A stretch of DNA of 64,000 nt from Octopus vulgaris (taxonomy: Eukaryota): the NCBI GenBank assembly GCA_951406725.2, contig OX597814.1, positions 169,384,001 through 169,448,000 of the forward strand. The letters are read 5' to 3'. The notes beneath the pieces were generated by a model, which ran no database searches, was not told the origin of the DNA, and saw only the letters and a program-made list of their open reading frames with translations. The translations under genes and the position numbers were made by a program. Shown here in pieces: positions 52,034-64,000 of this stretch (within the stretch, counting starts at the first letter, position 1; every line of letters begins with the position of its first letter).

Positions 52034-52915
52034 CTCTAACACAACCCATACTCCATATAGTCTGCACACACACACATACACCCCCTCACCACCATCACTG
52101 CTACAGCTGCTGCCACTCCTATATCCAACAACAACACCATCACCACTACCACCACCAACAACAAATTTCTCAACTTGTATTAACATAATTGTTGACTTGC
52201 CCATATGGGTATTTGTTAGTTGTTATTAAGTTTAGCTGCGTGTCATCCCATAATAAACCAGCTATGAACATTGTTGAAATAAAATTTTATTTTATTGAAG
52301 TAAATTATAATATTTACATAGTCACATCACAGTTTGCCAGGAGCATAATGTAGTGTACTAGAACTGAACTCAGTTATAATTAAATTACTAACACAGAAGA
52401 TTTGCTCTACATGAGAGGAGGGAACAATGCTTGTACATCCTAGTTGAAGCATTGCTTTTAACTCATGGCTGAACTTCAGCCCAGGGTAACTTGCCAAAGT
52501 AAGGATTTGTTGCTGGGGCTTCCAAAGTGCACCATTCTCTCAGAGTTGTTTATGCACGTTGTGCTTATATAACTACAAAAGTGTGAGAATTCCTGGAACA
52601 TTAAAGAACATTCTCTAATATGGGGTGATATATTAGCAAGTTGATTGGTCGATAACCAAGACATGTCGACTAAGTTAAGTGTGGTCTGGGCCTAGTTATT
52701 AAAGTTTTGAGGTTTTGATTTTAGACCTTGCTACATAATCATGACACTCAGAACACATATTTTACGGATCAAACAGATAAAACCTTAAAATGATACTAGA
52801 AACAACAAAACAAGCTTTACAAAAAGGAAAAGCTGGAGTAACATGCAAATGTCATCCTACACTCCCAAGTGACAGTACAGTACATTCAGTGATGGAACCA
52901 ATATTTAAAGCAATT

Positions 52916-53372
52916 TTAACTCTTTGGTGTTTAAACCAACCATATCTGGCCCAAATATCCCAGCTGTTTTATGGTCAAACTGGCCAGATTCGGTTTCTTA
53001 CATCTGCCCTACAGTGTCATTCTAAAGACAAGCAATCACTTTAATGAAATCTCAAAGCTACAAGACAATGCATGATTAATTCTTTCTACTACAGGCAAGG
53101 CCTTAAATTTGGTGGGGAGGGGCTAGTCGATTATATCAACCCCAGTATGCAACTGGTACTTAGGTCATCAATCCTGAAAGGATGAAAGGCAAAGCTGACC
53201 TTGGTGGAATTTAAATTCAGAACATAAAGATAGACAAAATACTGCTAAGCATTTCACCCGACATGCTAACAGTTCTGCCAGCTTACTGCCTTTTAATGCA
53301 TGGTTAATTCAAAACAATACGAATACAAAAGCATTACATTTGACAGAGTAATCTGAATAGTAAAAGGTTAAG
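52916..53372. mobile_element. piggyBac-like MITE interrupted by SINE B (53080-53292)
   Basis: TTAA-CTCTTT start and AAAAGG-TTAA end; ATGCATG(A/G)TTAATTC duplicated around the SINE. Confidence 0.55.
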
Positions 53373-53590
53373 GTGGTGAGCTGGCAGAATCATTAGCATG
53401 CCAGGCAAAATGCTTAGCAGCACTTCAGCCATCTGTGTGTTCTGAGTTCAAATTCTTTTAAGGTCGACTTTGCCTTTCATCATTTCGTGGTCCATAAATT
53501 AAGTACCAGCAAAACACTGGGGTCGATGTAAATGACTTATTCCCTCCCAACAAACTGCTAGCCTTGTGCCAAAATTTGAAACCAATATTT
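53370..53590 (+). mobile_element. SINE family B
   Basis: GGTGGTGAGCTGGCAGAATC head. Confidence 0.85.
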
Positions 53591-53861
53591 AAAGCATATA
53601 GCACTCGGGATGATTTTTTAAAGAAAGAGCATTGTATATGCCATCAAATGTGTTATGTGTTTGCCAGCAACATGTTCTTCCATTGCTTGCTTTCTTCAAG
53701 CCATCCTCACAGTACCTGACAGGTGGATCACAGCAGCTTCTAATATATAAGTGATGCTTACATTCCGGTTCAACAAATGGCTTGAAGCCTAAGAAAAATA
53801 AATCTTCCCATCAGGCTATTTGTCATTGCTTCAGTCCAGTCCAGTTGGCTCTGAGATTGTC

Positions 53862-54013
53862 GGCTGTGTGGTAAGTAGCTTGCTTACAAACCACATGGTT
53901 CCGGGTTCAGTCCCAGTGCATGGCAGCTTGGGCAAGTGTCTTCTACTATAGCCTTGGGCCGACCAAAGCCTTGTGAGTGGATTTGGTAGACGGAAACTGA
54001 AAGAAGCCCATCG

Positions 54014-54044
<31 letters not shown>

Positions 54045-54252
54045 ATATGTTTGTGTGTCTGTGTTTGTCCCCCCCAACATCGCTTGACAACCGATACTGG
54101 TGTGCTTATGTCCCTGTAACTTAGCAGTTCAGCAAAAGAGACCAATAGAATAAGTACTAGGCTTACAAAGAATAAGTCCTGAGGTCAATTTGCACGACTA
54201 AGGCGGTGCTCCAGCATGGCCACAGTCACACGACTGAAACAAGTAAAAGAGT
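53862..54252 (+). mobile_element. SINE family A
   Basis: Family A consensus. Confidence 0.9.
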
Positions 54253-55129
54253 ATACCAATGAACCCAAGGACCTTATGATCATAATGTTTATAATGAAAT
54301 GGAGCATGTGGTTTTATGCCCTGTGCTAAATATGAAAATGTAATCTCTCATTAAGACTGTCCATAACTGTGCTCGAAGTATAGATATGGAATTCAGCATT
54401 TAAAACTGACTATATGAACAATAAATGAGAGTATACATGTTGTCATCATCATCATCACCACCACGACCACCACCACAGCTGCTGCCGCCACTGCCACCGC
54501 CACTGCCGCCGCTGCCATCACCAACACCACCACCATCACCACCACCACCATCATCATCATAATCATCATTTAATGACCATTTTCCATGTTGGTAGGTGTT
54601 GGACAGTTTGACCAGAGCTGCCAAGCCAGAAGAGTGTACCAAGATTCACTGTCTGTTTTGGTATGGTTTTTTTATGGCTGGATGCACTTCCTAGCACCAA
54701 CAGCCTTGCATAGTTGACAAGAAATTAAAAAATGTGTGTCTTTTTTTTTTTGTAGGCATAAAAATATATTTTAGGGAAATAAAATGAGAGAAGTTGTCGA
54801 GGAAGGTTAACTTGAAATTATAGAATCACAATATATTGGAAATATATATTTGTAGAATAGTTAAAACTTGTTTAAAAACAAAAACTTAATAACTTATTCT
54901 GACTTGACTATTTTATATTGCAGTGTGTAATCAAGAGTATCATTGGTTACAGGTGTCTGGCTTGCTAACCACTGGTTCATAATGTTTTTAATAGTCTGGG
55001 TAAAAGCACTATAGTTAAACACACTGCAGGACAAATACTCCAAAAGGTTTTGTTTGAAAGACGGTACATGTTTGGTTTCCTCAACTTTGTTTACATACTT
55101 TTCTGATACATCAGTGAAATAGACATGCA

Positions 55130-55780
55130 TGCGCGCACATACACACACACACACATACATATATATACACACATGCATACACATGCATGCACACACTGAC
55201 ACACAAGCACACACAGACACACATGCACACACACACACATGTACACACACAGACACACACACACACACTCACACACACATGCACACACACATGCATACAC
55301 ATGCACACACATACACATACATACACACACACACACACATATATATATATACACACACACATGCATACACATGCATGCACACACTGACACGCAAGTACAT
55401 ACAGACACACATGCACACACACATGTACACACACAGACACACACACACACACTCACACACACATGCACACACACATGCATACACATGCACACACATACAC
55501 ACACATGCATGCACACACTGGCACACATGCACACACAGACACGCATGCACACACACACACTCACACATCTGCACACACAGACACACATGCACACACACAC
55601 ACTCACACATCTGCACACACAGAGATACACATACACACATGCACACACATACACATGCACAACATACATGCACATACACACATACACACATACACACACG
55701 CACGAAATCACACATGTGCACACACACTCACACACACATGCACACACACACACATGCAATCATACATGTGCACACACAGA
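55130..55780. repeat. CA-rich compound microsatellite with a higher-order duplication of about 190 bp
   Basis: Block at about 55169-55320 recurs at about 55357-55500. Confidence 0.9.
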
Positions 55781-56042
55781 CGATCATTATGACAGGGTCC
55801 TGCACATATGCCATTAACAAAGTCAACCAAAGCAGAACTAAGCATACTAACAACTTTATTGATTGCTGGGAATTTGCAGTCATGCAATGCAGGGCAGCAG
55901 CTGTTATTAATTGGACAAACGCCAGTCTCAATATGTTTGATAAGTCTACAAGTAGTATAATAGTAAAATATGGTAGCCTTAACCTACAATTCAACGTGAT
56001 ATGTCTTTATAAGGCCAGACATACTTGGTGACAGGTGTTAGA

Positions 56043-56315
56043 CATCATCACCATCATCATCGTCATCACCATCATCATCGTCATCACCATCATCATCGTC
56101 ATTATCATCATCATCATCATCATCATCATCATCGTCATCACCATCATCATCGTCGTCATCATCGTCGTCATCATCATCATCATCATCATCGTCATCACCA
56201 TCGTCATCATCATCATCATCGTCATTATCATCATCATCATCATAATGATCAACATCATCGTCATCACCATCATCATCGTCATCATCATCATCGTCGTCAT
56301 CATCATCATCATCGT
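56043..56315. repeat. (CAT/CGT)n microsatellite
   Basis: Directly visible. Confidence 0.97.
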
Positions 56316-56339
56316 TGTCTAACATCCATGTTCTCTCTC

Positions 56340-57186
56340 CCTCCCTCTCTGGCCAGGTAACCATATACTTCCACTAAGGCATGATACCTATTCCTGTCTC
56401 TCTGCCACACTTTAACCATTCATCGTCTGACACAAAATCACCTCCTCCAATTCCCCCTCCCGTCTCAATGGATCTTTGTCTCTCAAAGGATCTTTGTCTT
56501 GCAAGTTACTTGGTGACTTCTGCCATGTAAAAAAGCATCTAGCCCACACTGTAAAGTGGTTGACATCTGGAAGAGCATCCAGCTGTAAAAACCATACCAA
56601 AACTGACCTCGCCTGTGCTCATGCCACATAAAAAAGCACTCAGTCCGATCTTCTGGGTGGTTGGTGTTAGGAAGGGAATCCAGTCATAAAAACCATGCCA
56701 AAACAGACAGATGTCTGGTGCAGTCTTCTGCCTGGCCAGCTCCTGTCAAATCGTCCAACCCATGCCATCATGGAAGATGGACATTAAACAATGATGATGA
56801 TGAAATTTTGGGGGAGGGGTTTAGTTGATTAGATCAACCCCAATACATAACTGGTACTTAATTCATCGACCCCAAAAGGATGAAAGGCAGAGTCAACCTC
56901 AGCGGAATTTGAACTCGGAAAGTAAAGACAGACGAAATACTGCTAAGCATTTTGCCTGGCATGCTAACGTTTCTGCCAGCTTGCCACCTTTAAATATTCT
57001 TTTCTACTCTAGGCACAAGAGATTGACCCCACTATGTAACTGGTATTTAATTTATCGACCCTGAAAGGATGAAAGGATGAAAGGCAAGGTTGACCTCAGT
57101 AGAATTTGAACTCAGGAAGAAAAGAGAGCCGAAATACCACTAAGCATTTCACCCGGCATGCTAACGTCTCTGCCAGCCCATCGCCT
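56340..57186. mobile_element. Family C repeat (+) followed by two SINE B copies (-)
   Basis: Family motifs. Confidence 0.8.
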
Positions 57187-57281
57187 TACAGTGAAGAAAT
57201 ATTGCTTAAGCACAGAGCATCTGCTGCTGTTTTAAATAAGAATAATACTTAAAAAAAAAAAAATTGAACAGGATAATAAGC

Positions 57282-57950
57282 ATAGGTGCAGACCTGGCTG
57301 TTTGGTAAGAAATTTTCTTTCCTACTACATACTTCCAGGTTCAGTCCCACTGTGTGGCGCCTTGGGCAAGTGTCTTTTTCTATAGTCTTGGGACAATCAA
57401 AGCCTTGTGAGTGGATTTGGTAGATGGAAACCAAAAGAAGCCCGTCATTTATATATGTATGTATGTATGTATGTGTGTATAATCTAGATGGTAAATGTTT
57501 TTCATTTCCAAATTTATTCCTGTCGAATTTTATCCATTATTTTTGTGGTTTACAGAACCTAGCTGTTCTATCTAATGTGTTGAATCTCACGCTAAGTGGA
57601 TTCCTTATGTGTATAAATATACACTATATCGTATGTATGTATGTATGTATGTATGTATGTATGTATGTATGTATGTATGTATGTATGCATGTATGTATGT
57701 ATGTGTGTGTATCTTTGTATCTGAGTTTGTCCCCCACCACTGCATTACAACTGGTATTGGTTTGTTTTCGTCCACTGTAACTTAGTGGTTCAGCAAAGAG
57801 ACTGATAGAATAAGTACCAGGTTTTAAAAAACATTGAATAAGTACTGGAATTGTTTCATTCAATTACAAAAAAAAAAATCCAAGATGATGCCCCAGTATG
57901 GTACAGTCTAATGATTGAATCATATAAAAGAGATAAAAGAGAAAAAAGAG
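57282..57950 (+). mobile_element. SINE family A with about 150-bp insert in the internal microsatellite
   Basis: 5' half 57282-57450, 3' half 57715-57950. Confidence 0.8.
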
Positions 57951-58062
57951 AAAAAAGTGCAATATTGAATAAAAAAAAAATATAGAATAAAAAGTATAGA
58001 AAAAAGACATACAAAAACATTCCACTATATTGAGAGTTTGAGTGACACACAAAGGATCTTAA

Positions 58063-58237
58063 CCCATTAATGCCCAAAATAAAAAAATTTTGTGAATATT
58101 ACGATATTGCTAGATAAATTATTATTCTTTATCTTCAGAAAGATTTTTGATGCCTAAATTTATGAAATTATTTTATATGACTATTTTTGTCTGAAACAAA
58201 AAAGTGTATGATAAATCATGCCCTGAGCATTAATGGG
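58063..58237. mobile_element. piggyBac-type MITE, 175 bp
   Basis: TTAA on both sides; TIR CCCATTAATGC(C/T)CA. Confidence 0.88.
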
Positions 58238-58509
58238 TTAAAATGATGCAATTTTGGAGTTGATTTTACAAAGAAGAGCTGATGATAGAAACAGAAAGTC
58301 ACTGAGTTACTGTCCACGTTAAGCACTAAATACAAAATCAGAGAATGAAGCATATGACAACTTTGAGATCTTTCACCAGTGTTGATATTCAAAAAAAGGA
58401 GATGGAAAACGTACTCCACTTAGTCACTAGCTGAAAAATTCTTGATCAGAAGGAGAATGACAAATTCCAGTGCCAAGACATAACATTTTATTTCTATTGG
58501 AATCTCTCA

Positions 58510-59146
58510 CTTTACTCTTTACTCTTTTACTTGTTTCAGTCATGTGACTGTGGCCATGCTGAAGCACTGCCTTTAGTCAAGCAAATCGATCCCAGGACAT
58601 ATTCTTTGTAAGCCTAGTACTTATTGTATTCTCTTTTGCCGAACCACTAAGTTACGGGGACGTAAACATACCATCAACGGTTGTCAAGTGATGTTGGGGG
58701 GACAAACACAAATGTACAAACACATACACACACATCATCATCGTTTAACGTCCGCTTTCCATGCTAGCATGGGTTGGACGGTTCAACTGGGGCCTGGGAA
58801 GCCAGAAGGCTGCACCAGGCCCAGTCTGATCTGGCAGTGTTTCTACAGCTGGATGCCCTTCCTAACGCCAACCACTCCGTGAGTGTAGTGGGTGATTTTT
58901 ATGTGCCACCGGCACAGGTGTCAGATGAGGCTGGCAAACAGCCACGATCGGATGGTGCTTTTTATGTGCCACCCATACATACATATATATGACGGGCTTC
59001 TTTCAGTTTCCATCTACCAAATCCACTCACAAGGCTTTGGTTGGCCCGAGGCTATAGTGGAAGTCACTTGCCCAAGGTGCCACACAGTGGGACCGAACCC
59101 AGAACCATGTGGTTGGTAAGCTAGCTACTTACCACACAGCCACTCC
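58510..59146 (-). mobile_element. SINE family A with nested family C element (58735-58975)
   Basis: Both family consensuses visible. Confidence 0.88.
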
Positions 59147-59704
59147 AGAGAATCTGAAAATGTTGATACCAGCATGCGAACTGCAGGCCACAATAAAACA
59201 ACTGAGAAGGAGTCTTATAGAACTTTAAACACCCAAACAGATTGGGTCATTAAATACAGATGATCTGATGTTGTCAATAAAGAAAACAAATATTTATAAC
59301 TGAGATTGTTGTTCTATCTAGAAATCAAAATATTATACAAATTAGATATAAAAAACTTGATAAGTACTCACAAATTTGGTTAGAGCTCTCAAAAACGTGG
59401 ATAAGGAGAAAGAACTTCCATTCTACTTCATGGAACTACAAATGAAAATAAACATTATTGCAATGCAAAGTAATAACAAAACAAAGTGAAGCTAAGGAAA
59501 AAAGAAAAGAAAGAAAAGTAAAACAACTGCAATGCTTAGAACTGATAATATTGAAAGAAAATTATTTTGTGCCTGAAGTGTCTGAATAAGAAGAGTTATT
59601 ATTTTCATTTTACAGTAAATACCTATGCAGTAAGTATAAATAGAGGGGGTGGAGAAGCAAAATAAGAAAAAAAAACAGCAATACCATCACCACCAATAAT
59701 AATA

Positions 59705-59920
59705 ATCCTTTCTACTATAGGTACAGGGCCTGGAATTTGGGGAAAGGGGATAGTCAATTACATTGACCCAGTACTTGATTGGTATTTATTTTATTGACCC
59801 CCAAAATGATGAAAGGCAAAGTTGACCTTGGCGGAATTTGAACTCAGAATGTAGCGGCAGACGAAATATTGTTAAGCATTTCGCCTGGCATGCTAATGAT
59901 TCTGCCAGCTCACCACCTTT
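59705..59920 (-). mobile_element. SINE family B
   Basis: Family B consensus. Confidence 0.85.
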
Positions 59921-60196
59921 AATAATAATAAACAATAACAACAACAACAATAATAATAATAAGCAGTAAACAAGTGTCACCTTAGTCTGCTGGCTGTAGA
60001 CATCTGACACTTTCCATCATACCCAGCAAAATAAACTGAGTTTTCATGACATAATAATGATGATGATGATGATTATGATGGTGGTGGTGGTGGTGGTGGT
60101 GGTGGTGATGATGATGGTGATGGTGATGGTTGTGGTGGTGGTGGTGGTCGTCGTCGTCGTCGTGGTCGTGGTGATGGTGATGATGATGATGATGAT

Positions 60197-60555
60197 ATAT
60201 AGTTGATGTTGCATGCCCCTTTGACCCACGAATAGTCAAGAAGAAAGGTGAGAAGATAGATAAATGCAGCCCTTTTAAGTACGAAATAGCCCGACTATGG
60301 AAAATGAAGAAGGTGAAGATAGTGTCAATTATTGTTGGGTCATTGGGAACAGTATCAGAAGATCAAGGGGAATATAAAAGAAAGTAGAACTGTTACAAAA
60401 GGTTTGCCTCTTTGGCACAGCCAGAATAATCAGAAAAGTATTAGATAGCTGAAAAGAATGGAGAGCATGGTACAGTAGGCTGCAGGCAGTAAACCTGTTA
60501 TGCATCCAAGACTCCAAGAACCCCAACAAAACCTGTGATAAAGAGAAATAATAAT
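60197..60555 (+). mobile_element. R4/Dong LINE 3' end, same family as 43890
   Basis: IVDVACPFDPRIVKKKGEKIDK...GTARIIRKVLDS*; shared 3' UTR. Confidence 0.9.
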
Positions 60556-61895
60556 TGCATCGAAGCCATTGACACTTTGGCACTTCCAGTTGTCCAATAC
60601 AATTTTAACATCATTAACTAGAGACTTACAGAGCTCCAACAACTGGACAAGAAGACAAAGAAACTACTAACATCTAAGAACATGCACCACCCAAAAGCAG
60701 ACATCGATTGTCTGTACCTACCTAAAAGTAATGGGGGAAGAAGAATGATGCAGGTGGAACTGTGCTACAAGATCTCTACAATAGCAATGAACAAGTACTT
60801 ATCTAGTACAGAGGAATGAATGCTGCTGCTTGTGTGCAAGCACAAAAAAAGCAAAATATTACATTTTATTGTCAAGGAAGCTTGCAAATTCACAAAGGAA
60901 CTTGGCATTAATCCTGAATTAGATGAAGAACCTGAAACCAATACCATGAAAAAAGCAAAACAGATCAAACAGACTGCAAAAAGAATGGGCAGAAACAAAT
61001 TGAGGAGCAGTGGAGCCAGAAGCCTCTGCATGGACAGTATATACTTCGAAGTCAAAATGCTGATGTAGACCAACCAACAACCTATCAGTGGCTGAGAAGA
61101 TAAAGACTGAAAGCAGAGACTGAAGGTTTCATATTGGCGGCACAAGATCAAAGCTTGTTTACTAAAAACTACCAGGCTAATGTTCTTCAAAACAGTTCTG
61201 ACTCTAAATGTGGATTCTGTGATACATTTGATGGAACAATAGACCATCTTGTCTCAGGAGGTGCTGTGCTAACAATAAACGAATGCAAAATTGCCACGAT
61301 AGAGTCGGACAGTATTTACATTGGAAAATATGTAAACACTACAAAATCAGCATTGGTATGAACCTCATCTTGAGCCAGCTGTTGAAGGTAAAAATATCAC
61401 TATCCTCTGGGATTTTCCAGTCAACACTGACAAAATGATCCAGACTAATTGACCAGACATAATTATTAAAGACAGGGAAGAAAATACTTGTAGACTAATA
61501 GATGTAAGTGTTACCACTGATAAAAATATATCTATAAAGGAATTTAACAAATTAAGTAAATATAAGGACCTGGAAACTGAAATACAAAAGATGCGGCATC
61601 TTAAAGTGAGAACTGATCTTGTTATTATGGGTGTCCTAGGTATGATAAGAAAGGGACGTCAGAAACATCTAGATAATATTCCAGGAGAACCATGTCTCAG
61701 AGAAATCCAAAAGATTGTGCTGATAAGTACTACCGGCATCCTTAGAAAAACACTATCAATTCAAATGTATGTGTTGTATTACATGAAGATATTTCACTAC
61801 TGCCCTTGCCACTTCTGCTACCCAGGCTTTCAGTTATACTGGTTGTATCTCAGTGAGTGATTGTAACAAACATGCAAATTAAAAGTAAATAATAA
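60556..61895 (+). mobile_element. R4/Dong-type LINE fragment (RT C-terminus, CCHC, REL, UTR)
   Basis: HHPKADIDCLYLP; AAQDQSL...CGFCD..GTIDHLVSG; ILWDFPVNTD...PDIIIKD...LIDVSV...KYKDLE; (AAT)n tail. Confidence 0.93.
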
Positions 61896-61905
61896 TAATA
61901 ATAAT

Positions 61906-62009
<104 letters not shown>

Positions 62010-62020
62010 TAATAATAATA

Positions 62021-62058
<38 letters not shown>

Positions 62059-62140
62059 AATTAGGGATGTTATCTTAGTTCACAGGTAGTGAACAGCTGA
62101 CACCATAGTATATCTTCAGCATTAGAAGCTGTGCAAAGAC

Positions 62141-62173
<33 letters not shown>

Positions 62174-62292
62174 CCTTTCTACTAAAGGTACAAAATCTGA
62201 AATTTTGGGAGAGGGGACTAGTCAATTACATCAACCCCAGTGTTTACTGGTACTTAATTTATCGACCCTGAAAGTATGAAAGGTAAAGTCTT

Positions 62293-62411
62293 CTTCTATC
62301 ATACTCTCAATTTTGGTCAACTTATGCCGCAGGGTCTCAGAGGAGATAGTGTTAGTTAAAGACTACCAAACCTGCCATACACAGACAACTTCAGCTTTAT
62401 ATATAGAGAGA
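62293..62411 (-). mobile_element. Possible Helitron 5' end fragment
   Basis: Reverse strand starts A|TCTCTCTATATATAAAGCTGAAGTTGTCTGTG. Confidence 0.35.
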
Positions 62412-62679
62412 TTAGTTAAGCTCACATTTTTGCTCCATATTCTGTCTCAAAGAGGACACATCTGGTGTCACATTCCTCTTCTTCCTCTGAAGGATATTCT
62501 ACTTAATATCATCTGGCTACATATAGCGTGATATACCCACCCTTTCCAAAGAAGAATATTTTACTTACAATTATCTGCCAGGATAGTCTCCAAATCTTTG
62601 CTTAGAAGGCAATGTTTAGGGCAAGACAAAAGTAAGCCACTTTTTCCACTTTATAACTGAGTGCAAAAGAATAGCTTTA

Positions 62680-63090
62680 GTTTACTCTTTTACTCTTTTA
62701 CTTGTTTCAGTCATTTGACTGCGGCCATGATGGAGCACCACCTTTAGTTGAGCAAATCAACCCCGGGACTTATTCTTTGTAAGCCCAGTACTTATTCTAT
62801 CATTCTCTCTTGCCGAACCGCTAAGTGACGGGGACATAAACACACCAGCATCGGTTGTCAAGCAATACTAGGGGGACAAACACACACACACAAACACACA
62901 CACACATACACACATATATACATATATACGACAGGCTTCTTTCAGTTTCTGTCTACCAAATCCACTTACAAGGCATTGGTCGACCCGAGGCTATAGCAGA
63001 AGACACTTGCCCAAATGCCATGCAGTGGGACTGAACCCGGAACCATGTGGCTGGTAAGCAAGCTACTTACCACACAGCCACTCCTGTGCC
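62680..63090 (-). mobile_element. SINE family A, full length
   Basis: Family A consensus. Confidence 0.9.
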
Positions 63091-64000
63091 TACAGTTTAG
63101 GAGCAAAAGGTTAACAAACTTTCATTCTTTCAGCAAAATGTTTCATGTAGAGAATTTTTTTTTTTTGAAAGAATATTTGCAAAAGGCAAACATTCATTTT
63201 TCATCATTCCTGTTTACATCCTAAATAATATTTGCAAACATACTGTTGTTGTTTAGATTTCTACTCAGTGTAGTTAAAACATCTATGTTTTCTTTTAGTT
63301 CATGTTTACCTTTAATATTCTGAGTTGTAATTAAAAGAGTAATCTATTTTTTGTTTATTTTTCTGTGTGAAATGTATTAATTTGTACATTTTTCAATTTT
63401 TTTTTTAGGTGTGGCATCCTTCTAGATATGGTCATTTTTTTCATCAATGATTTGAAAGGAAAATTACACTTTGTCTATAAGTAAAATGCAAACCTTATTT
63501 TATCTTTTGTCTCACCTCTGCAAGAGGAGATAACTAACTATAGGAAGCTAATTGTATGGGGTCATTTTTGATGAAATTTTTAGTGTATCAAGTAAAATCT
63601 TTTTCTTAACGAGTGAGTTGCAAACAAACATCTATTTCACCCACAGTGAATAACAACAACAATGACAACAGCAACAATAATTGTTTCTAATTTTAATTAT
63701 TTTCAGTTTTATAATTGTTTTTAGGACATCGAAGGAATCTCAAAGTAAGTAATTTGAGCTGCTAGAAATATCAACCATCTCTTCTTAAATCACACCATAC
63801 AGGTTTCAAAAGAAAAGAGGAAGGAGATACCAGATAATGTAATCTGTGATGAACTATTCATAAAAAAGATGGAATGGCCACAGCTGGATTGTCTGCTGAG
63901 TTAGACTTCACCTGGGGCTAAGCAACAGCAGTAATAATAGACAAAGCTGGCAAGCTGGCAGAAACATTAGCATGCCGGGTGAAATGATTAGCGGTATTTC

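Noticed and set aside
54910-54985. Strong splice acceptor TTTTATATTGCAG
   Set aside because: All three frames stop within about 20 codons and no convincing donor follows

Overview
AT-rich, very repeat-dense animal genomic DNA. Its SINE and microsatellite make-up resembles coleoid cephalopod (Octopus-type) genomes; this is inference, not a database match. I found no intact host gene, rRNA, true tRNA or CRISPR array, so the window looks like a large intron or intergenic region. Almost all ORFs in the track are microsatellite artefacts or decayed transposon fragments. Contents: many R4/Dong-type (restriction-like endonuclease, REL) LINE fragments tied to (AAT)n, RTE, L1/Tx1 and CR1-like LINE fragments, a Penelope-like GIY-YIG fragment, several tRNA-derived SINE families, piggyBac, Tc1/mariner, hAT, Sola-like and Helitron non-autonomous elements, a 28-bp minisatellite and many microsatellites. 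The most striking unexplained signal is a ~385-nt imperfect foldback at 25239-25624. Its arm differences are strongly biased to G:U pairs on the + strand (about 16 G:U vs 3 A:C by hand count), as expected for a selected long hairpin RNA or a fixed A-to-I edited copy. Repeat boundaries are approximate unless a TIR or TSD is quoted.
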